This document shows, piece by piece, positions 56,612-64,000 of a stretch of 64,000 bases of DNA (position 1 is its first letter; each line of letters starts with the position of its first letter). A program made the translations under genes and the position numbers. The notes beneath the pieces are model-generated. The model saw only the letters and a list, made by a program, of their open reading frames with translations, made no database searches and had not been told where the DNA came from. Source of the stretch: Novakomyces olei (taxonomy: Eukaryota); NCBI GenBank assembly GCA_016906335.1, contig JADEYG010000001.1:992001-1056000 (forward strand). The letters are read 5' to 3'.

Positions 56612-59600
56612 AAAGGCCTGATCTGGGCAAACAACTATTTAGGCCACCAGAAGTTATGACAGTTTTTACGGAACCGGACAAAGCAAAGCATCTGACTGTC
56701 GTCGTGAAAGTCAAGACAGAGGATGGAGAGTTGAACGCGAGAGCCCTGATTGACTCAGGAGCTACCTCTAATTTTATCAGCGAGAAGCTCGCATCGCATG
56801 CTTTTATTAAGCTTACGGAGAAGAGCGAGACCGAGCCCATCAGAGTCGTTGATGGAAGGACAATCAAGTCAGGAGGTATTCGCTTTCACACCAGCGAGAT
56901 GGATATATCAATTGGCGAACATCGAGAAAGGATGACCTTCAATGTCATACCTCTTCGTGGATACGATGCTATCTTGGGCAAGCCATGGTTGGACAAGCAT
57001 GAGCCTACGATCGGATGGAGTCGCGCAAACGTCGAGTTTAAGTCGAACTACTGTTTGGCGAACTGTTTGAAGTGCAGTACATTATCCGAATCCATGCAAG
57101 TCAGCGCAACCGAATTTGCAAGATTGGCTCGTAATGGAGAATCAGGTATTTTATGTGTGTACGCAACGGACGAGCAAGATATCAAGCCTCGCGTTACATT
57201 GCCTGGATTCTACGAGGGATATCGCGACCTATTTGAGAAGAAGAACGCGGACGTTTTGCCGAAACATCAACCTTGGGATCATGCGATACCCTTGGTCGAA
57301 AATGCGAAGCCGCCTTTTGGTCCGATCTACCCGCTCGCCGAACGCGAATTGCAAACGCTGAGAGATTATATCAAGGAAAACCTCGCTAAAGGTTTTATAC
57401 GACCGTCGTCGTCGCCCGCGGGGTCGCCGATCTTATTTGTCAAAAAGAAAGATGGATCGCTCAGATTATGCGTCGATTACCGCGGTCTGAACGCGATCAC
57501 TGTCAAAAACAGATATGCATTACCGCTTATCTCGGAACTTCTAGATCGCATTCGCCAGGCAACTATTTTTACGCGATTGGATCTTCGCGGTGCATATAAT
57601 TTGGTTAGGATACGAAAAGGCGACGAATGGAAAACGGCCTTTCGTACGAGGTACGGCCACTACGAGTACCAAGTCATGCCGTTTGGGCTTACGAACGCCC
57701 CGGCTTCGTTTCAAGCGCTCGCCAACGATACTTTGCGAGATTGCTTGGATCGATACGTTGTCGTTTACTTGGACGACATATTAATTTACTCGGATACAGA
57801 GGAAGAACACGTGGAGCACGTGCGCGGAGTATTGGAGAGACTTCGCAAGGCAAATTTATTTGTCAAATTGGAGAAATGCGAATTCCATACTGACACTACG
57901 GAGTTTCTAGGCTTCGTAATTTCAACGAAAGGTGTGTCGATGGAAAATACAAAGGTCAAATCGATTGAAACATGGCCCGAGCCAAAGAATGTTAAGGAGG
58001 TTATGTCGTTCCTGGGACTGGCGAACTATTACCGAAGATTCATCGCCAACTACAGCAAGATTACGGCACCTCTTACCCGGCTTTTAAAGAAGGATACAAA
58101 GTTCGTGTTTAGCGACGAATGCAGGGAGTCATTCAATGCGTTGAAGGATGCATTCTTAGGCGCACCTATTCTTGTGCACTTTGATCCACAAAAGCCGAGC
58201 TTCTTGGAAACGGACGCCTCAGATTTTGCGATCGGCGGGATCCTTTCGCAAAAAGACGAGAACGGCGATATGAGACCAATCGCATTCTACTCGCGCAAGA
58301 TGACAAGCGCAGAGACGAACTACGACATTCACGACAAGGAGCTGTTAGCTATTGTTGTATGTCTTCGGGAATGGAGGGTATACTTGGAGAGTCCCCTTCA
58401 CAAAACTACGATATACACGGATCATCGCAATCTTGTGTACTTTTGGACCGCGCGTGTCCTGAATAGACGGCAAATGCGCTGGTCGCAGTTACTTGCGTCT
58501 TACGATTTTGTGATCGTGTATCGTGCGGGAAAGTTTAACCACAAGGCTGACTCCTTATCGCGAAGAAGCGATTACGTTAGCAGCGAAGAGGAGGAAAAGC
58601 CAGAACGAACAATGGTGCTTTTGGACAAATCGCAATTTGTGTTTGCGATTGAGGACAACAAAACGCTAGCACAGGATGTTAAGAAATGCTACGAGAAGGA
58701 CAGCATTTGCAAGAATATCATTGAGGAGTTAAAGAGCAAGCCCGATGCTGCTCATTTGGAGAATTATACAATGGACAAGGAAGGTCTTTTAATGTTCTCG
58801 GGTTTGATTTACATACCCAGAGACAACGATTTGCGATTATCAATCATGCAAGAATGTCATGATTCGCAGACTTCAGGTCACCCCGGACAGGCTAAGACGC
58901 TAGAGCTTGTGACAAGGAACTATTACTGGCCAAGGATGCGAAAGGACGTATTTAACTATGTGGAGTCATGCGACACTTGCGCACGAAGTAAATCATCGCA
59001 TCATGCTCCCTACGGTCTATTACATTCGTTGCGAGTACCTACAAAGCCTTGGGAAAGCATTGCTATGGACTTCATTGTGAAGCTCCCGGTGTCAAGAGAT
59101 GTCATCACAGGCAAAGACTACGACTCAATTTGGGTTATAGTATGTCGCTTTACGAAGATAGGCATCTTTGTACCAATATGCGAGACCATGAGCGCGAAAG
59201 AACTAGCATTGCTATACGCTCACAGAGTATTTGCTAACTTTGGACTGCCAGAAGAAATTATCTCAGATCGTGGATCAGTTTTCGTATCACATTTTACGAA
59301 GCATTTACTCGCACATTGTGATATCAAGCAAAGGTTATCAACTGCGTACCATCCCCAGAGCGATGGACAAACGGAAAGGCTTAATCAGAGCCTCGAACAA
59401 TATTTGAGAATTTACAGCAATTACCAACAAACGAATTGGGTAAACTTGCTACCTTTTGCACAGTTCGCATATAACAATACTGAGCAATCATCGACAAAAG
59501 CGACACCTAGTTATGCTTTGTATGGGTATCACCCCAAATGCCGTTTTACGATAGCAACAGCACGGCAATGCCCATCGGCGGACAATCGGATTGATTTTTT

Positions 59601-60132
59601 GAGGACACTACATCGCCTTTTACAGATCGAGATCAAGCACGCCATTAGCGATCAAGCACGGTTTGCTAATACGCACCGTGTCGACAAGGATTTTGAAGTC
59701 GGCCAAAAAGTATGGCTAGTGAGAAAGAACATCAGTACCACTAGGCCAAGCGACAAGTTGGATTACAAGAAAATTGGACCTTTTACAATCTTGGAACGTA
59801 TCGGTTTACGTGCATACAAGTTGGATTTACCGAACACGATGAAAATACATCCTGTATTCCATGCTTCTTTATTGGAATCGTACAAGTCTACGTCTACGAT
59901 TGTGCGACAGCAGACAGCACCACCACCACCAATAATAATTGAGAATACACCAGAGTGGGAGGTAGAGAAAGTGTTGGACTCCAGGAAGCGAAGAAATAAA
60001 TTGGAATATTTTGTACATTGGAAGGGATACGATAGTGCTAATCGCACTTGGGAGCCGGCAGGCAATTTGACAAATTGCGACGATTTAGTGAAAGAATTTC
60101 ACAGATTACACCCGGCTAAGCCGAAGCTATGA
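56584..60132 (+). CDS. Pol (family A), intact, entered by -1 frameshift
   Basis: Uninterrupted PR-RT-RH-IN-chromodomain frame overlapping the end of gag; slippery site GGGAAAA at 56584. Confidence 0.93.
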   Translation, partial: GKSERPGPMKRPDLGKQLFRPPEVMTVFTEPDKAKHLTVVVKVKTEDGELNARALIDSGATSNFISEKLASHAFIKLTEKSETEPIRVVDGRTIKSGGIRFHTSEMDISIGEHRERMTFNVIPLRGYDAILGKPWLDKHEPTIGWSRANVEFKSNYCLANCLKCSTLSESMQVSATEFARLARNGESGILCVYATDEQDIKPRVTLPGFYEGYRDLFEKKNADVLPKHQPWDHAIPLVENAKPPFGPIYPLAERELQTLRDYIKENLAKGFIRPSSSPAGSPILFVKKKDGSLRLCVDYRGLNAITVKNRYALPLISELLDRIRQATIFTRLDLRGAYNLVRIRKGDEWKTAFRTRYGHYEYQVMPFGLTNAPASFQALANDTLRDCLDRYVVVYLDDILIYSDTEEEHVEHVRGVLERLRKANLFVKLEKCEFHTDTTEFLGFVISTKGVSMENTKVKSIETWPEPKNVKEVMSFLGLANYYRRFIANYSKITAPLTRLLKKDTKFVFSDECRESFNALKDAFLGAPILVHFDPQKPSFLETDASDFAIGGILSQKDENGDMRPIAFYSRKMTSAETNYDIHDKELLAIVVCLREWRVYLESPLHKTTIYTDHRNLVYFWTARVLNRRQMRWSQLLASYDFVIVYRAGKFNHKADSLSRRSDYVSSEEEEKPERTMVLLDKSQFVFAIEDNKTLAQDVKKCYEKDSICKNIIEELKSKPDAAHLENYTMDKEGLLMFSGLIYIPRDNDLRLSIMQECHDSQTSGHPGQAKTLELVTRNYYWPRMRKDVFNYVESCDTCARSKSSHHAPYGLLHSLRVPTKPWESIAMDFIVKLPVSRDVITGKDYDSIWVIVCRFTKIGIFVPICETMSAKELALLYAHRVFANFGLPEEIISDRGSVFVSHFTKHLLAHCDIKQRLSTAYHPQSDGQTERLNQSLEQYLRIYSNYQQTNWVNLLPFAQFAYNNTEQSSTKATPSYALYGYHPKCRFTIATARQCPSADNRIDFLRTLHRLLQIEIKHAISDQARFANTHRVDKDFEVGQKVWLVRKNISTTRPSDKLDYKKIGPFTILERIGLRAYKLDLPNTMKIHPVFHASLLESYKSTSTIVRQQTAPPPPIIIENTPEWEVEKVLDSRKRRNKLEYFVHWKGYDSANRTWEPAGNLTNCDDLVKEFHRLHPAKPKL

Positions 60133-60344
60133 TGTTTACGTTAATCGCGATACAGGTTACGTCATTCAACTCACGTAATCTTACGCAATCGCGAGACTCA
60201 ACTCTTGATTTTTGTTTACGACTGCGATATAATACACAATTCGCACTAGTTATTTATCGCTATTTGGAAATTTTTTTTTGAAAATGTATTAAAAATTATT
60301 AAAATCAAAACAAGATGTATCGCATATTTGAAGAATTTTGGCGC

Positions 60345-60776
60345 TCATTCCAAGCCGCGCAAAGCCGAAATTTCCGCTTTCAGCTCTAGGACCTGCTGAC
60401 GGAGCGAATCGATTTCGCGATCTTTAGCGGCCAATGCTCTTTCAACAGCAACCCCGAGGCCCTCAGACGAATCGGTTGCCGCGCATTGGGCGACTTCTAC
60501 AACGGGCGTCGCAACGCGAGGAACAGTGGAGGCCAACTTTGCCTTACGAGCGTTATCATACTTACGATACTCGCGCTCGACGATCGACCCGCGTATGCGC
60601 GAATTCAACAGGGTCGGCGACATAAACATCGCGCCCTCGCACTTGGTTTTACGCGCCGCACACGCTAAGCAGCGACGGACGCGAGGGATGGCTGTCATGA
60701 AGAACTCACAGCGCCTCCCCTGCGAAACACAATAGCCGCACGGCTTCTCGGACACAGTCACACGTGCAAGCGACAT
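60345..60776 (-). CDS. Antisense Zn2Cys6-like + coiled-coil protein (family A)
   Basis: MSLARV; CGYC-x6-C-x12-CLAC-x6-C; C-terminal heptads IDSLRQQVLELKAEISAL. Confidence 0.75.
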   Translation of the reverse strand: MSLARVTVSEKPCGYCVSQGRRCEFFMTAIPRVRRCLACAARKTKCEGAMFMSPTLLNSRIRGSIVEREYRKYDNARKAKLASTVPRVATPVVEVAQCAATDSSEGLGVAVERALAAKDREIDSLRQQVLELKAEISALRGLE

Positions 60777-62950
60777 CGCGTTCAGAACTGTCTTTGCGAA
60801 CGCGACTGGATACTATTTATCTTCGCGTTTTGCCTCTTTACCCCTCTGCAACAAAACGCGAACACCCCTTTTATTTTCCCATGCTATTCTATATGTTTAT
60901 TTACGCGTTTACTGAGGAGAAAATATTATTGTGACACGCGGCAATTGAAATTAGCGTTTATTTTGTTCGCCTTTCTATTTTTATGGAATATTTTATGTTT
61001 TGCGGGCGCGGGGACCTCGCCCAAGGGAGGGGGGGATACTGTCATGATCCTCGCCTTGGCGAGTCCCTGACAACCGCGTTGGGAAGCGAGGGGCGACGCC
61101 TGTAGTCGGACTTGGGATGTCCGCGCGTCGCAAGCTTCGCCAACGCGGCCCAAGACCAGTCGGCGCGTAATGCGATGGTCTTGGGACGTAGAAGTTGTCT
61201 TAGTGCGCATGTAGGTACGCGCACTAAGCCAGCTTGGCCCACGGGAGCGAGGGGCTCCATGCACAATGTGCACGGACCTCGCTTCCCGTTCTCATTCTCG
61301 CACGCTAGCGAGTGCGACCCTTCGCACTCCGCTAGCGCGAGAACATTCATAGTTATTTCATAGATTAGTTTAGGCTGAGAGCTTCCCTCTCTAACTTGTG
61401 CGACCTTCGCATAAGTTAGCTTGGGAAGAGTAGTTTAGAATGCGAAGGAGCATCCGCTCCTCCGCAACTTAGTTTAGTTTATAGTTGCCCGTGAAGGCCT
61501 CTCGCCCTTCACGGGTTGATTATCTCAAAGTGGGAGTAATATATTATATTACTCCTGGTAAGCTTTACAGTAATCGCTTTCTGCTTTCCTGGTCTTTCTT
61601 ATTCCTTTACTTTATTTAAACTATACACGGCCGGCCTCCAGCGATTGTAGCTGTAAGGACCGTCTTACATTACATTACGAAGTTCCAGCAAATTGTGTCT
61701 TTTAATAGCGATGCGCAGATGTTCTTGTTTCGAAACGGTTTGAAGGCGAATATGCTGGATGAGTTGGCAAAGATGAATCGGCACGAAACGATATCGGAAC
61801 TTATGGCAGCTGCTGTCAGCATTGACAATCGTTTGTTCGATCGGCGTTTGGAGTTTAATGCACCCCCGCGAGGAATCTTCGTTCCAAGATCTCAGTTCGC
61901 GCGTGAAGGACCAACCCCGATGGAGGTCGATGCGACATCTACAATGCCGCAGAAGAAGTTTTTGAAGCCGACACGGAAGATTGTTTGTTACCTTTGTCAC
62001 AAGGAAGGACACAAAGTTTACGAATGCCCTTTGAAGGTTCCAGCGAAGCCGCGCACTAACCGGGCGAACGCTGCGAACATTGCAAAGGTGGAATTCGGTG
62101 AAGAGGGAAACGATCAGACTCAGGCGAATTATTGACGCCCTGTCTGAGTCAAGCGCCGAAGGGCCAAAGCTTGCTGGGAACTCATTTATCGTGTACTGTT
62201 TATTCGCTGCCGGCATATTCTTCTCATCTTACAGTGGAAGTGTATATTCAAACCGGTGTTGGTGTTCGGAAGGTAGTGGCCATGATCGACTCTGGCGCTA
62301 CATCAAATTTTATGGATAAGGACTTTGTGCAGAAGTTCAAAGTGCCTACGGAAAGGAAGAAGGTACCGTTACCTGTTTGCGTGTTCGACGGAAGCAAGGC
62401 TTCGTCAGGCGACATCGCGGAACACACAACGGCCCTTAGAATGTCTATTGGAAGAAAAGAGAAGCATGTGGAAGAAATCTCTTTTAATATTATGACGATT
62501 GCGAGTTATGAGATGGTCTTGGGAAGGCCTTGGTTAAACTTACATAACCCAGAAATTGATTGGAAGTATTCTTTGTTGAAGTTTACTTCGGAACATTGTG
62601 TTGAAACCTGCCGATTGAGGGAACTTCCGATGGTTCATTGTATTTCGAGCGCGGAGATCTCGACAATGATTGGAAGGAATCCTGGAGGTTTAGTGTATGT
62701 AAACTCTGTTGAAGACACTGCGAAGGACGATCGAGGGATACCATCAAGTTCTAGTGTGGTACCGAAGATATACGATGGCTTTGCGGATCTGTTTGACAAG
62801 AAACAAGCAGATAAGTTACCAGAGCACAAGCCATGGGATCATGCAATTCCACTTCACGCCGGAGCACAACCTCCGTACGGACCGATCTACGCTTTATCGG
62901 AACCGGAGTTGGAAGCATTGAGAAATTATATTGAGGAGAATCTAGCAAAA

Positions 62951-63581
62951 TGTCATGATCCTCGCCTTGGCGAGTTCCTGACAACCGGGTTGGGAAGCGA
63001 GGGGCGACGCCTGTAGTCGGACTTGGGATGTCCGCGCGTCGCAAGCTTCGCCAACGCGGCCCAAGACCAGTCGGCGCGTAACGCGATGGTCTTGGGACGT
63101 AGAAGTTGTCTTAGTGCGCATGTAGGTACGCGCACTAAGCCAGCTTGGCCCACGGGAGCGAGGGGCTCCATGCACAATGTGCACGGACCTCGCTTCCCGT
63201 TCTCATTCTCGCACGCTAGCGAGTGCGACCCTTCGCACTCCGCTAGCGCGAGAACATTCATAGTTATTTCATAGATTAGTTTAGGCTAAGAGCTTCCCTC
63301 TCTAACTTGTGCGACCTTCGCATAAGTTAGCTTGGGAAGAGTAGTTTAGAATGCGAAGGAGCATCCGCTCCTCCGCAACTTAGTTTAGTTTATAGTTGCC
63401 CGTGAAGGCCTCTCGCCCTTCACGGGTTGATTATCTCAAAGTGGGAGTAATATATTATATTACTCCTGGTAAGCCTTACAATAATCGCTTTCTGTTCCCT
63501 TGGTTTCTGTAATTCCTTTACTTCTATTTAGACTATACACGACCGGCCTCCAGCGGTTGTAGTTGTAAGGACCGTCTTACA
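62951..63581 (+). repeat. Solo LTR type A with TSD CAAAA, inside the RT of element F
   Basis: CAAAA|TGTCAT..CTTACA|CAAAA. Confidence 0.95.
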
Positions 63582-64000
63582 CAAAAGGATTCATACAGAG
63601 ATCTTCGAGTCCCGCAGGAGCTCCTATCTTGTTCGTTAAAAAGAAGGATGGCTCATTGAGGTTATGCGTGGATTATAGAGGTTTGAATGCGATGACAGTT
63701 AAGAATCGTTACGCACTTCCGTTGATTTCGGAACTTGTCGATCGTGTTCGAAATTCGAAGATATTTACGAGATTGGATTTACGCGGAGCCTATAATTTGG
63801 TTCGTGTGAAGAAAGGAGATGAGTGGAAGACTGCGTTTAGGACGCGGTACGGACACTTCGAATATCAGGTGATGCCGTTCTGTTTGACCAACGCACCAGC
63901 CTCATTTCAGGCATTGGTGAACGATGTGTTGAGACCGTTCTTGGATCATTTTGTGGTTGTATATCTTGATGATATATTTATTTATTCAGAGTCAGAGGCG

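Larger units (their letters stand above)
47805..61669 (+). mobile_element. Full-length chromovirus A; 630-bp LTRs 47805-48434 and 61040-61669; TSD TTACA; D2 inserted in its 5' leader
   Basis: TSD on both sides, PPT AAGGGAGGGGGGGA, intact gag and pol. Confidence 0.95.
39965..64000 (+). mobile_element. Gypsy element F, running off the window: 5' LTR 39965-40301; gag pieces 40423-40695, 47601-47804, 61675-62135; pol 62105-62950 and 63587-64000; hosts D1, A and a solo LTR A
   Basis: Reading continues across the insertions ([30 protein letters not shown]). Motifs CYLCHKEGHKVYEC, MIDSGA and YLDD. Confidence 0.85.

Overview
Fungal (ascomycete-like, with short GT..CTAAC..AG introns) genomic DNA with two sharply different parts. 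Positions 1 to ~11.8 kb are compact host euchromatin: 3-hydroxyisobutyryl-CoA hydrolase, mitoribosomal uL4m and mL38, 3-hydroxyanthranilate dioxygenase, a CFEM/GPI protein and an AT-hook protein. From ~11.85 kb to the end the window is essentially all nested Ty3/gypsy chromodomain LTR retrotransposons, plus one Ty1/copia remnant. There are about ten LTR types (my labels A-J), and many junctions are resolved by 5-bp target-site duplications. The main signal is accessory cargo. Three divergent families carry an extra sense gene between pol and the 3' LTR encoding a C2H2 zinc finger plus a JHDM1/KDM2/Epe1-like JmjC dioxygenase with an intact HxD..H triad, a candidate transposon-encoded anti-silencing histone demethylase. 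Two other families, possibly three, carry an antisense Zn2Cys6/coiled-coil gene. A further lineage has a conserved AUG-free ORF upstream of gag. Tf1-type self-priming sites and covarying -1 frameshift pseudoknots are also visible. All calls are by eye; no searches were run.
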